The notes beneath the pieces are model-generated. The model was given only the letters and a program-made list of their open reading frames with translations. It made no database searches and had not been told where the DNA came from. DNA of 64,000 bases from a virus. Below, in pieces: positions 7,543 to 16,971 of this stretch. A program made the position numbers and the translations under genes. The stretch is taken from positions 1 to 64,000 of the IMG/VR virus record IMGVR_UViG_3300036770_008442; one strand, written 5' to 3'. Every line of letters starts with the position of its first letter. Position 1 is the first letter of the stretch.

Positions 7543-9066
7543 TCAAAGATTAACCCTGAAGATTTTATATCTGAAATTCTCATTCCGATAGATCTGGATC
7601 CTTGCCTCACTGTGCTTCATGAGGTAATTATTGTACTTGGGTGTACTGAAATCGTCCACAAAATCTATGACATTGACCTTATCCTTGCCCTCCATTTTTC
7701 TCATCCCCCGTCCTAAACTCTGCTTGATCAGAACCTCACTTTTATAGGATTCCACTAAGAAAATATTATGTAGATTGTTGATTGAAATCCCGGTGGAGAA
7801 AGTGCCGTAGGTCGCAATAAGAACCTTGTTTTCCCCCGATGACATCCGGGTCTTGTACTCTTCTCTCAGAGATTCGTCTGTGTCCCCATCCACATAGAAG
7901 ACCTCTCGATCCGAACTGAGATCCCTGAGTCTATTCCAGATCTGTTTTCCATATTCGTCCTTTACAGATTGAAAAAGAACCAAAGAATTTTTAGAGGTCT
8001 TTGAAATAAAATCCACTACGTATTTAAGCCTCTTTTCGCTTTCTATGACCAGTTTTCTCTCGATATTATAAATATCATTGCCCTCCATATTGACGGCATT
8101 CAGTTTCAGATCTGCCAGTTTAGCTTTGATCTCTGGATCAAGCCAGTTCATGATGACAACTTTGATCTCGACCGGAGTAGCATGATTGTTTTTAAACAGG
8201 AATTCGGGAGAAATCTCCACCACCAATGGGCCCAAAAATTGTTGGATCGTCAAATAGTCCGCAGATCCTCTTTTGGTCAGGGTTCCGGTTAGACCAAATC
8301 TCCACCCGCAATGCATACAATGAGCAACTATTTTTTTGATGGACATTGAATTAGTGTGGTGAGCTTCATCGACAAAAACCGCATCCACCTCCTCAAAGAA
8401 ATCGGGGTCTTTCTTAACCAAAGACTGGAATGTTCCTATAATTAGATCACACCCCTCTCTCAATTTGCTGCCTCCTCCTATCTGCTGGATTTTAACCCCC
8501 AAGTCTTCAATCCCATAATCAATAAAGTCATCATTTCCTTGAAAGACCAAATTTGTATTTGGAACTATCATAAGAAATTTTCGGATCAGCCCCTGTTGCT
8601 TTAAATAGGCAAAGATCATAAAAGAAATGAGGGTTTTGCCGGATGATGTGGCAATTTCAGAAATGGAATATCGATATTTTATGATCTTCCAAGCTGCCTC
8701 TATTTGATAATCCCGGGGCTTGACATCCTTTCCCTCGAAAAATTGGTCAACCCATGCATTAAAGCTCTCGAGAGTAAGATCAGTGAGAATAAGATCCTCA
8801 ATTCCTTCGATCTCGATCTCCATCTTGTACTCTTTTCCGATCTCTAAAACCTCCCTCCATAGACCGATCGGAATTTTCCAAAATGCTCCTTTTTTTTCAA
8901 TGAAACAGATGCTTCCATCCCAGATTTTTTTCTTAACCAACGGATGGAAATACCAATTATGGATCTTTTTGGTCAGAGAAATATCTATCTGTCTTTTTTC
9001 AACCTCATCTGAGGCACTAGCCAGAATAATCCATTTTCTATCCTCAGAGATGTTGAATTTAAGCAT
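7543..9066 (-). CDS. uvsW: SF2 DNA helicase, T4 UvsW-like
   Basis: WDG, PRDYQ Q-motif, ATSSGKT Walker A, DEAH, GLTGT, FSTGISI, QSLGRGMR. Confidence 0.92.
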   Translation of the reverse strand: MLKFNISEDRKWIILASASDEVEKRQIDISLTKKIHNWYFHPLVKKKIWDGSICFIEKKGAFWKIPIGLWREVLEIGKEYKMEIEIEGIEDLILTDLTLESFNAWVDQFFEGKDVKPRDYQIEAAWKIIKYRYSISEIATSSGKTLISFMIFAYLKQQGLIRKFLMIVPNTNLVFQGNDDFIDYGIEDLGVKIQQIGGGSKLREGCDLIIGTFQSLVKKDPDFFEEVDAVFVDEAHHTNSMSIKKIVAHCMHCGWRFGLTGTLTKRGSADYLTIQQFLGPLVVEISPEFLFKNNHATPVEIKVVIMNWLDPEIKAKLADLKLNAVNMEGNDIYNIERKLVIESEKRLKYVVDFISKTSKNSLVLFQSVKDEYGKQIWNRLRDLSSDREVFYVDGDTDESLREEYKTRMSSGENKVLIATYGTFSTGISINNLHNIFLVESYKSEVLIKQSLGRGMRKMEGKDKVNVIDFVDDFSTPKYNNYLMKHSEARIQIYRNENFRYKIFRVNL

Positions 9067-9081
9067 AGATTTACCGAAATT

Positions 9082-9522
9082 TTACTTAATTGTACTTCCT
9101 CTTAGGTATTCCTCCAGAGATATTCTAGACTTGATCCCATAGAGCATATGATCTACTGTCTGGATTGTCTGATCTATAAATTTTCTATGGCTCTCTACCA
9201 TTTCTATCTTATTCACTATTTCTGCTACTTCTCCTTCAATTAAAATTTTCATCTCATTGGATCCATATCGGATATCACTATTCTGACTGTATTCTTTAAG
9301 CTTATTAGCCCGGGTCTGTCTCTCTTTAGCTCCCATCTTGCTTATAATCTGAGCAAGTTTATAGCTGTATTCTAAAAGAACCTGTCTTTGGGAAAAGAGA
9401 TCTATTTGAACTTCCGCTACAGTTTTAATGTTTTTAAGTCCTAGAGAAAGGACTTGAATTTTCTCTTTCCATTCCGATCTCTCAGATTCAAAGAGCTTGA
9501 GATAATTTTCATTCTGATCCAT
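9082..9522 (-). CDS. uvsY: Recombination mediator, UvsY-like
   Basis: 146-aa helical protein directly upstream of uvsW with T4-like synteny; ...QTVDHMLYGIKSRI end typical. Confidence 0.6.
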   Translation of the reverse strand: MDQNENYLKLFESERSEWKEKIQVLSLGLKNIKTVAEVQIDLFSQRQVLLEYSYKLAQIISKMGAKERQTRANKLKEYSQNSDIRYGSNEMKILIEGEVAEIVNKIEMVESHRKFIDQTIQTVDHMLYGIKSRISLEEYLRGSTIK

Positions 9523-9524
9523 AA

Positions 9525-9743
9525 TTAAAATAATCCTTTTTTGGATTCATTTCTCTTAGATGATTTCCAGAGATTAATTTCTCTCACATCATTTTTTATA
9601 ATGGCAGGAGGACTGGTAGTCACAGTAGTCTCTATTTTTCCCAGATTGATCAGATCATCAGTTTCTAAGATTTTTACGGGAAATTTTAGTTCGCCCTCCT
9701 TATTATCGTCAATTTGTTTCTCCCATTCTTCGGTCATATCCAT
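9525..9743 (-). CDS. Small hypothetical protein
   Basis: 72 aa ORF in the replication operon. Confidence 0.65.
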   Translation of the reverse strand: MDMTEEWEKQIDDNKEGELKFPVKILETDDLINLGKIETTVTTSPPAIIKNDVREINLWKSSKRNESKKGLF

Positions 9744-9754
9744 ATTTATAATTT

Positions 9755-10816
9755 TTATCCTTCCAGGAAATAAACAAGATCCAAAATATCAGAAGTGAAG
9801 TATTGATCGAATCTTTTGACCTTTATCCCGTTTTTTCTCAAGTGATTGACCATATCGTTTAGATCCCACTTCTTATTTATCGGAAGATCGTGCTCGATCA
9901 AGAATTTTTTCCAATTGAAGACCGCAAATCCATTTGATAGCATTTCGGCATTTTTGATTCTGCCTGCTTTGTCCCAGTCATACCAATATTGCACATTATC
10001 TATTTCAAAGGGAAATTTGTTCTCAACCGAGCACAAAGCAACAGAATTCTTCCAGAGCCAAGAATCCATAGGTCCCTCAAAAATGGTGATTGTTCGGTCA
10101 AATGTTATTTTGCCAATATTAAATACACTAGAAACAGGATCTATCTTTCTAGCCTCCTCTAAAAAATCATCATCCTTAATCCGATACAATTTATCCCAAA
10201 TTCCGCTGAGCTTGTATGTGTAATATTTTGCTCCTCCCGAGTATTTCATATTTCTGAACTGAAGTCCTAAAATCTGATCTTCCCGGGTCAAATTAAGCAA
10301 ATAAAGCCTCTGATTCTTTTCATCCCAGGCAAATTTCTCATCAGGAATTTGATTTCTGTTAATCAAATATCTTTCTATTTTAGATCCGTGTACCTCTTTT
10401 AAGTCTAGATTCTGCATAAAATCTTGTCGGGGAATAACTACTTTCTCAAAATCGGTATCAAAAAAGAAAGAGATGTCAACATCCCCGTAAACTTTCCTTC
10501 TTTTATCCTTTCCGTCTCTAACAATAGAAAGAATATCATTTTTTTCTTCCTGATTGATTTTTAAATCCAGAGAAAAATCTTTGAGCAAAGTAAAGGCATC
10601 CTTAAAAATACCACATCCACCATTATAGCATTTATAAGTTAGGGTATCCAAATAAAAGTTCCCCCTTTTCTTCCTGTAATTTGTGCTGTCTCCACAATAG
10701 GGACAAGAAAAATTCAGTCTGTTTCCAGCTCTGTAAATTTTCTGCTTATTGATGTCACCCGGAAAAGATTTACCGAGAGCTTGTCCCAGAAGATCCTCTA
10801 TTCTTGATATTTCCAT
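9755..10816 (-). CDS. DNA primase, T4 gp61-like
   Basis: Zn finger CPYCGD...YKCYNGGC; TOPRIM FEGPMD and YDWDKAG; WDLND. Confidence 0.9.
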   Translation of the reverse strand: MEISRIEDLLGQALGKSFPGDINKQKIYRAGNRLNFSCPYCGDSTNYRKKRGNFYLDTLTYKCYNGGCGIFKDAFTLLKDFSLDLKINQEEKNDILSIVRDGKDKRRKVYGDVDISFFFDTDFEKVVIPRQDFMQNLDLKEVHGSKIERYLINRNQIPDEKFAWDEKNQRLYLLNLTREDQILGLQFRNMKYSGGAKYYTYKLSGIWDKLYRIKDDDFLEEARKIDPVSSVFNIGKITFDRTITIFEGPMDSWLWKNSVALCSVENKFPFEIDNVQYWYDWDKAGRIKNAEMLSNGFAVFNWKKFLIEHDLPINKKWDLNDMVNHLRKNGIKVKRFDQYFTSDILDLVYFLEG

Positions 10817-10828
10817 TTTTGTTACATG

Positions 10829-10862
10829 AAAAAGGGGGACAGTATCTCTACCGTCCCCCTTC
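10829..10862 (-). terminator. Intrinsic terminator after the gp32-like gene
   Basis: Minus strand aagggggacggta-gaga-tactgtccccc followed by ttttt. Confidence 0.8.
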
Positions 10863-10876
10863 TACTTTATTATAGA

Positions 10877-11896
10877 TTAGAGATCTGCGTACAGATCATC
10901 TAAGGAAGATGCAGTCTCAGGGGCAGAAGGCTGCTTGAAAGGAACATCGTCATCGTCAGATTTCTTCGAACTTTTAGATCCAATCTTGGTATCTCCGGAT
11001 TCATCAAAAATCTGAGAACTTGTACTTGTGGAAGAAGAGGAAGATGATCCAGAGCTTTTGGTTGAAGATCCGGAGTATTCTGATTTGTTAGAAGAATACT
11101 GGGAAGAATTAACTCCTGACAAAATCTCATTAACCATCCTTCCGTCGGGAACTGTATTTTTAATGATGTTCATAACCCGATCAGTCAGATTATCGTCCCA
11201 TTCTTTATATTCAAAGCTCTTGAGGTTATCTGGACCAGTTTTGAGGAATTCCATAATGGTTTCCATGTCCTCTTTTGTTTTCTTCATTTTGCGCCCTTCT
11301 ATTTCAATAGGACTATTATTTCCAACAAATTGACAGAGGTCATAATTGTTCCATTCCCCAACCTTTCTGGAATGAATAGAAAAGAGCTTTCCTTCAAAGA
11401 GATCAAAGGGATTACAGGGATCTCCATATTCAGGCTTTAACTGGGACTCAAGCATATCATTGATCTTTCTTCCAAACTTAAAGATCATGATTTTACCCTC
11501 GAGATCTGGATTGTTCTTATCCTGAACAATTTGAATCAGTGCATAATAATCTTCTTTTCTGGAGAAAGATTTAGCAAGTTCCTGATCTGCCGCAGAATTA
11601 GAATTCTTAAGCTTCCAGAAAATATCCTTTAGAATAGATTTTTTCCCCATCGTTGAAGGGCAGTCGACCGAAAATCCTTCTCCCGAAGAAGGGTCATTCA
11701 AATAAACATAATACTTATGGATCTTTGATTTAGCAGGATCCACATAGTTAGGAACGAACCTAACCAAAGCCTTATAAACTCCATCCTTCCCATTTTCCGG
11801 ATAAGGCTTGTAAAAATCAGAATCTCTCGAATCCTCTTTTTTGGGCTTCGTTACGAAATTCTCAACATCCAAGTTAAACACATCTAAATTACTCAT
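10877..11896 (-). CDS. Single-stranded DNA-binding protein, T4 gp32-like
   Basis: ALVRFVP, CPST, GKIMIFKFGRKI, PFDLFEG, NYD; Ser-rich linker and acidic tail LDDLYADL. Confidence 0.9.
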   Translation of the reverse strand: MSNLDVFNLDVENFVTKPKKEDSRDSDFYKPYPENGKDGVYKALVRFVPNYVDPAKSKIHKYYVYLNDPSSGEGFSVDCPSTMGKKSILKDIFWKLKNSNSAADQELAKSFSRKEDYYALIQIVQDKNNPDLEGKIMIFKFGRKINDMLESQLKPEYGDPCNPFDLFEGKLFSIHSRKVGEWNNYDLCQFVGNNSPIEIEGRKMKKTKEDMETIMEFLKTGPDNLKSFEYKEWDDNLTDRVMNIIKNTVPDGRMVNEILSGVNSSQYSSNKSEYSGSSTKSSGSSSSSSTSTSSQIFDESGDTKIGSKSSKKSDDDDVPFKQPSAPETASSLDDLYADL

Positions 11897-11968
11897 ATTA
11901 CCTTAATTTTTTTTAAATTCTTCTATTTAACTTCTACCGAGATCAAAAGTTTCACCCTTATTTTCTTT

Positions 11969-12718
11969 CTATCTTGAATTTTTCGTCCAATTTAGCTCAT
12001 TTTGTTCCAGGTCTCCAATTCTTTTGTCTCTTAAATACACATCAAGATCTACTCTTTCCACATCGAACTCCGATGTGAATAAATGATATTTCAATAGGGT
12101 CTCGGGATGGAAAAGTATTTTCTTATCGACTATATATGTCTCTATTTTTGAATATAGTGAACAGTAGTAAGACATGGCATCCCTTCCTCCCATGGCAAAA
12201 ATGTCATTAATCCCAGATCTCCAGTCATATCCTTTGGGAATTCTAATGACCATTGGATCCAGATTGAATTCAGGAGACTCCTTAAAAAGTAAATCAAATC
12301 TGGATTTAATAATCCTATCATATCTTATTCCGGTTTCCCTCTCATAATCAGTCAGAAGGGAAAGGGCAGATCCTATTTTATACCACATACAGAATACAGA
12401 GCTAAAACTGATCTCCCCATTCTTGATGGAAAAATCCCCCAGTGAATTTGCCCGGTTGATAATATTTTTTATTTTGGGAGAATTAAAATCCTCCGAAAGA
12501 ATTGATTTTGGTTCGTAGATTGAAATGACATCAGAGATGCTCAGGGTATCCTGAATATCCCGGGTCTGTAATTGAACTGTATCAAAAATAGTTTCAGTGG
12601 GATTCCAACAAGAAATAAAAACATCAGGATGATAAACATCAAGAATATTTTGCTTGAATTGAGGAAAATAATCAGAAGCGTTTCTGAATTGTCCCGAAAT
12701 TAATAGAGCAGTTCTCAT
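11969..12718 (-). CDS. Putative glycosyltransferase-like protein
   Basis: ALLISGQFR...DVFISCW...YDRIIKSRFD...INDIFAMG...HPETLL pattern of viral putative GTs; start MRTALL at 12718 with ATGA overlap. Confidence 0.6.
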   Translation of the reverse strand: MRTALLISGQFRNASDYFPQFKQNILDVYHPDVFISCWNPTETIFDTVQLQTRDIQDTLSISDVISIYEPKSILSEDFNSPKIKNIINRANSLGDFSIKNGEISFSSVFCMWYKIGSALSLLTDYERETGIRYDRIIKSRFDLLFKESPEFNLDPMVIRIPKGYDWRSGINDIFAMGGRDAMSYYCSLYSKIETYIVDKKILFHPETLLKYHLFTSEFDVERVDLDVYLRDKRIGDLEQNELNWTKNSR

Positions 12719-13176
12719 AGATATCGGCGGGAATAATCCGTACAAATTGCATAGCACACAGAAACATCATCATTATGTATCTCTGGTAAAACTGCTACAC
12801 TGCCCACGATGGGCTGATTTCCTGGATATGCCCAGATAAAACCAAGAGAGGTCAAGGTAACAGAATCAGACTGGTGCCAAAAATAATTGTATCTACATTT
12901 CCAATGGAAATCACTCTTATCAGAAGCTGATTGGAAAAAACAGAGAGCTTCAAAATTCTTACAATGAATCCAAGTGTTTTTGCATCTATCGGAAAACCAA
13001 GACAGAGAGACTGGGAAATCTGGTTTATCGTGGCCCAAGAAAATTCCGTTTTCTAAGACCCAAACATCGACTTCGACATCAAATCCCCCAGCAAGAGCTG
13101 CATCTATATAATCTGGGTGATTTTCAAGAGATAGATTGGGTCCTTCTAAATTTCCTCGATGTGCAATAATAATCAT
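12715..13176 (-). CDS. Glycerophosphodiester-phosphodiesterase-like (PLC-like) short protein
   Basis: IIAHRGN, EN, DVEVDVW, LGHD, WIHCKN, ICTD motifs. Confidence 0.8.
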   Translation of the reverse strand: MIIIAHRGNLEGPNLSLENHPDYIDAALAGGFDVEVDVWVLENGIFLGHDKPDFPVSLSWFSDRCKNTWIHCKNFEALCFFQSASDKSDFHWKCRYNYFWHQSDSVTLTSLGFIWAYPGNQPIVGSVAVLPEIHNDDVSVCYAICTDYSRRYL

Positions 13177-13180
13177 TCCC

Positions 13181-14416
13181 TTAGAAAATACGATAAGCTA
13201 GATCTTTTGAAAATTTTCGGTCTCCCCATTTTTCAATGGCTGCTTTGTATTCAGGCTTTTCAAATTCCCCATTGATGGCCTGAATCATAGCAATTCCACC
13301 GGATCTTGTTCCCATGGGATGTCCATGCATAGCACCCCCGACGTTAGCCATCCAGTCTGTAGAGTCTATAACCTGATTAATAAACTGAACTAATCCGGGG
13401 TGCATGCCGCAACTAAGAGCAGGAACTATATCAAAAGACCATAAAACCTTTAAGGCATCAATTAATTCTTGGTCTTCCTGGTTCATATAGCCACCTATCA
13501 TTCCTGCATGAATAGAGTCGCAGCCAGACCATCCCGCTATTTTACAGATAACGGGCCAATAGATGTGAAATGGAGCTCTGCGATCAGTAAAGAATTTATC
13601 ACCGCTTTTTTGAAAATGAATCCACAGATCCGGATTTTCTTTTCTAATAGCTCGATAAACACCCAGTCCACTCCATACATTGATGTGAATCCCGTTGCCC
13701 CCGTTTTCTTGAACGAATCGAGCTCTCTCCAAAGCATATGGACTGTCTCCATTGATACAAAAACAATAGATCACATTCGGTGCATGGGAATTAAGCCAGT
13801 TGCTAATGAGAGGAACTCTTACCTCGAGTGGGCAGTGAGCAGGATTGCCCAAAAGCTCGTCTTCCTTGATGAAATTAACCCCTCCTGCCACCATTTCTTT
13901 AACAGCTTCAAGGAGCACATCCGGACTCATCCCAACCTTGGGCTTCACAATTCCACCTAAAAAGGGTTTATCATAAACTCCATTGAAGGATCTAAATCCC
14001 CGGATTCCATAGGCACTCTTTAAGGTAAAAGATCTTTCTACATCAGGGGGAAGTTCAATATCCAAGACGTGACATTTCTGAATTTCCAAAATGTCAACTT
14101 GACCTCCAGCTACATGACAAAGAATTTGGGAGATCCCATCCTCCTCGAGATTCAAATTGCTTAGAGGAAATGCTATCCGAACCTCCCCACTTTTTATTCT
14201 AGCGAGGCCCTCCTCTTCTTCTAGCACTATACATCCGTGATTGAGAAACATTTCTTCAGTTTCCCAAAAGCTTCGGTTATTCGGATTGCCTATGCTCTGG
14301 CCAATTGCTAGATTCCAAGCAGCCTCTCTGAGCGAATTTTTGGCTTCGAGATAATATGTTACCGTGAAATAATCGGATAGATCCAGATCGGATTCATTCC
14401 GAAATATACTAACCAT
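13181..14416 (-). CDS. RuBisCO-like protein (form IV RLP)
   Basis: GIVKPKVG (K175/K177), FIKEDE (carbamate Lys motif), SIHAG, SCGMHPG, GGAMHGHPMG; lacks the E60, N123, H294 and loop-6 K334 equivalents. Confidence 0.92.
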   Translation of the reverse strand: MVSIFRNESDLDLSDYFTVTYYLEAKNSLREAAWNLAIGQSIGNPNNRSFWETEEMFLNHGCIVLEEEEGLARIKSGEVRIAFPLSNLNLEEDGISQILCHVAGGQVDILEIQKCHVLDIELPPDVERSFTLKSAYGIRGFRSFNGVYDKPFLGGIVKPKVGMSPDVLLEAVKEMVAGGVNFIKEDELLGNPAHCPLEVRVPLISNWLNSHAPNVIYCFCINGDSPYALERARFVQENGGNGIHINVWSGLGVYRAIRKENPDLWIHFQKSGDKFFTDRRAPFHIYWPVICKIAGWSGCDSIHAGMIGGYMNQEDQELIDALKVLWSFDIVPALSCGMHPGLVQFINQVIDSTDWMANVGGAMHGHPMGTRSGGIAMIQAINGEFEKPEYKAAIEKWGDRKFSKDLAYRIF

Positions 14417-14427
14417 TTTTTATTAAA

Positions 14428-14748
14428 TTAAATTGCGTATTTATCCCCGGGTTTAGATGGTGTCTTAACGATCAGAACTTCACAGTTTTCAATAAAAATC
14501 GGATCTGCAACTTCATATTTTTTAATGACAAATATATCACCTTTTACCAATTCTTTTCCTTGTATGATCATTCTTCCCCTGATCAATAAATTGATCTCGT
14601 CGCTTTCCCGATGGTAATGTACTGGCCATTTTTCTCCGGCTATATGGGTCTTAAAGCAGACTTCAAAATCACCGGTCTGATAGGCAGAAGGATCGAAATT
14701 TCCGATAAACCATCCTCCTTTATAGCTCTCGATTCTTGTAACTTCCAT
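14428..14748 (-). CDS. Cupin (RmlC-like) protein
   Basis: GWFIGNF, HYH...E cupin metal motif, KTPS..GDKY. Confidence 0.75.
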   Translation of the reverse strand: MEVTRIESYKGGWFIGNFDPSAYQTGDFEVCFKTHIAGEKWPVHYHRESDEINLLIRGRMIIQGKELVKGDIFVIKKYEVADPIFIENCEVLIVKTPSKPGDKYAI

Positions 14749-14778
14749 TTTCTGTTTTTGAATTTAGTTATTCATTGA

Positions 14779-15270
14779 TTATTTACCGATCGGAATTATT
14801 AGACTGGCTGAGACTTCTCCTGTGCTCGGGACATAACTCGCCGCTAAATTACCTAATGATACCCCAAATGCTCCGGGTTCATAAGATACCCCGACATCTG
14901 TATTAGGTATATAATATGTGAAACCTCCCGCTACCATACCTTCACCTGACTCATCATCCCGATACTGGTAAAAAAAAGGTTCAAAACCTTTATCTATTAA
15001 TCCCTGCGATAATCGGGAAACAAAATCCGGTTTAGCCGGGTCTAAATTTAGACCGACAATTTTTTTAGCCAATTCTGTATTTTGTCGGATCTGATCCAAG
15101 AGGGATTTGTTATTTTTAATTATTGAGGGAGTAAGTTTCGGTATTTTTAAGATTGAAGCTGAAACCGGTTTGGTTTTTTTACCCTTATCTAAAATATCCC
15201 TGCTGGATTTTTCTTGTAAAATTTTTGAAAGTTGTTTCATCCTACTGTTTTTTAATTCACCGTCACTCAA
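14779..15270 (-). CDS. Hypothetical protein
   Basis: 163 aa ORF; start uncertain. Confidence 0.6.
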   Translation of the reverse strand: MSDGELKNSRMKQLSKILQEKSSRDILDKGKKTKPVSASILKIPKLTPSIIKNNKSLLDQIRQNTELAKKIVGLNLDPAKPDFVSRLSQGLIDKGFEPFFYQYRDDESGEGMVAGGFTYYIPNTDVGVSYEPGAFGVSLGNLAASYVPSTGEVSASLIIPIGK

Positions 15271-15292
15271 TATTTATTCCCGTAATAATAGA

Positions 15293-16225
15293 TTAGTGAC
15301 TAAATGTATGTGAAGTTTTTTTAATGTTGGGCATATTATTAAATACAAACTCTCTTGGAAATAATCCTCCCCCGAATGGTGCGTTTGGATTGGGAACTCC
15401 GTTGTACAGATCATTAAATAAATAGTTACAAGCGTCGTCACTTAAATTGCCGTATGATCCAATCGACCATCCTGTTCCTATACTATAGTTTGTAATGTAC
15501 CATACCCCGTGATCTTTTTTTCCTCCGAAGATTCCAATATCCTGATACCATTGCCAGTATTGCCAATATGCCGGGTTTTCTATATACCATCCACTTGCAT
15601 TGGAAATAAAGGAATTTTCGTTACACTCAGAAATCCTATCATCACATTGATTACTTGGATACCATGCTGTAATTTCAAAATTAGGTAAAAGAGTATTCCA
15701 TACTTGTTGATCAAGACCAAAAACCGCTTGAAGCATAATGTCAGTATAACCTGTATCAGTTTTGGCGGGTACATCTACCGTTGATAAATCAGATAGTTTT
15801 CCCGAAACTGTGTAAGTTCCGAATGCGGTATTGACTTGTCCTTCATAAACTGTATCCCAATATGTGGTTGGATCATCATAGAATGTTTGTAAATCAAACT
15901 GAAATTGATTGGAGGTATTTTGGAATCTTTCTATAAGACGGCTTGTCGCACTTAAAAGACTCGGTGGTGTATTGGTTGAATATCTTGAAACAACCCCACA
16001 ACAAAAATTGGCGGCGATTTGAGTAACCCCGTCGGATGCTGCCCAAAATGATCCGTCTAAAATATTGATTCCGATTTGGACTCCTAAATCTTTATTGTCT
16101 TGGATGGATAAAAGAGCAAATGCGTTTTCTATTTTGAGATTACCATTCACAAGAATGTCAGAATTTAAGTCCATAAGGTTTCTTAAATTTAATTTTACTT
16201 TGTCGATTTGATCTTGTGGAATCAT
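15293..16225 (-). CDS. Hypothetical Trp/Tyr/Asn-rich protein
   Basis: 310 aa ORF, ATGA overlap with the NTP-transferase. Confidence 0.7.
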   Translation of the reverse strand: MIPQDQIDKVKLNLRNLMDLNSDILVNGNLKIENAFALLSIQDNKDLGVQIGINILDGSFWAASDGVTQIAANFCCGVVSRYSTNTPPSLLSATSRLIERFQNTSNQFQFDLQTFYDDPTTYWDTVYEGQVNTAFGTYTVSGKLSDLSTVDVPAKTDTGYTDIMLQAVFGLDQQVWNTLLPNFEITAWYPSNQCDDRISECNENSFISNASGWYIENPAYWQYWQWYQDIGIFGGKKDHGVWYITNYSIGTGWSIGSYGNLSDDACNYLFNDLYNGVPNPNAPFGGGLFPREFVFNNMPNIKKTSHTFSH

Positions 16226-16971
16226 AGTATGGTATTTTTTTGAATTATCGATTGATATCTTTTGAGGTCTTCTGGAATTCCAATCGGAAAATGCATATTA
16301 AAGAAATAGGGTAATATTTTTTTTCCCTCTTGAATCAAGTAGTTATAGGTTGGAGCAACATAAAATTCCCCATTGCAACGATCGTTGCATTGAATCATTT
16401 GTTCGGCAGATCTAACAAAATCAGAGCCGGATTTCCAATAATGGAGACCGTTGGTTGCTAAATTAGAGATAACCTTTTTCTCCGCTGTCTGAACGACCTC
16501 TCCATCCCGATTGAGTTTGATGTAACTGTTTTTGGGTGACTCCGAGACAAAGCATCCCAAAGCTCCATCGCAATCATGAATCTGTACAAAATCCGAGAAA
16601 AATTGGAAATCAAAGTCCCGAATAATCTGATCACAATTCACAACCAAAAGAGGATTCTGAGAATCGATCTCTTGTTTTGCGAGAAGACATGTCGAAGCCG
16701 GGCCCTCTGTTAAAATAGGTGTGGTTATAATTTGAAACTCAATCCCAGTTTTAGAAACATGCTTAATAAAGTCCAATGGAGGTAGGATCCCCTCCCGAAC
16801 GACAAATAAAAAACGAGAATTTGGGATCTTTAAATTCTTAATAACCGATGTGATCATCGATTCCCCGTCCACGTTAATGAAAGGTTTGGGATCTAAATAT
16901 CCCGCATCAGAGAATCTCTTTCCCAATCCCGCCAAGGGAATTAGTACATTAATTTTTTGGTTCGATCTCAT
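16222..16971 (-). CDS. Sugar-phosphate nucleotidyltransferase (GT-A fold NTP_transferase)
   Basis: LIPLAGLGKRF..GY..PKPFI, TEGPASTC, VNCDQ, EFYVAPTYN, GIPEDL. Confidence 0.88.
   Translation of the reverse strand: MRSNQKINVLIPLAGLGKRFSDAGYLDPKPFINVDGESMITSVIKNLKIPNSRFLFVVREGILPPLDFIKHVSKTGIEFQIITTPILTEGPASTCLLAKQEIDSQNPLLVVNCDQIIRDFDFQFFSDFVQIHDCDGALGCFVSESPKNSYIKLNRDGEVVQTAEKKVISNLATNGLHYWKSGSDFVRSAEQMIQCNDRCNGEFYVAPTYNYLIQEGKKILPYFFNMHFPIGIPEDLKRYQSIIQKNTIL

Noticed and set aside
13181-14416. Bona fide CO2-fixing RuBisCO (rbcL)
   Set aside because: Lacks the E60, N123, H294 and K334 equivalents, and there is no rbcS or prk nearby
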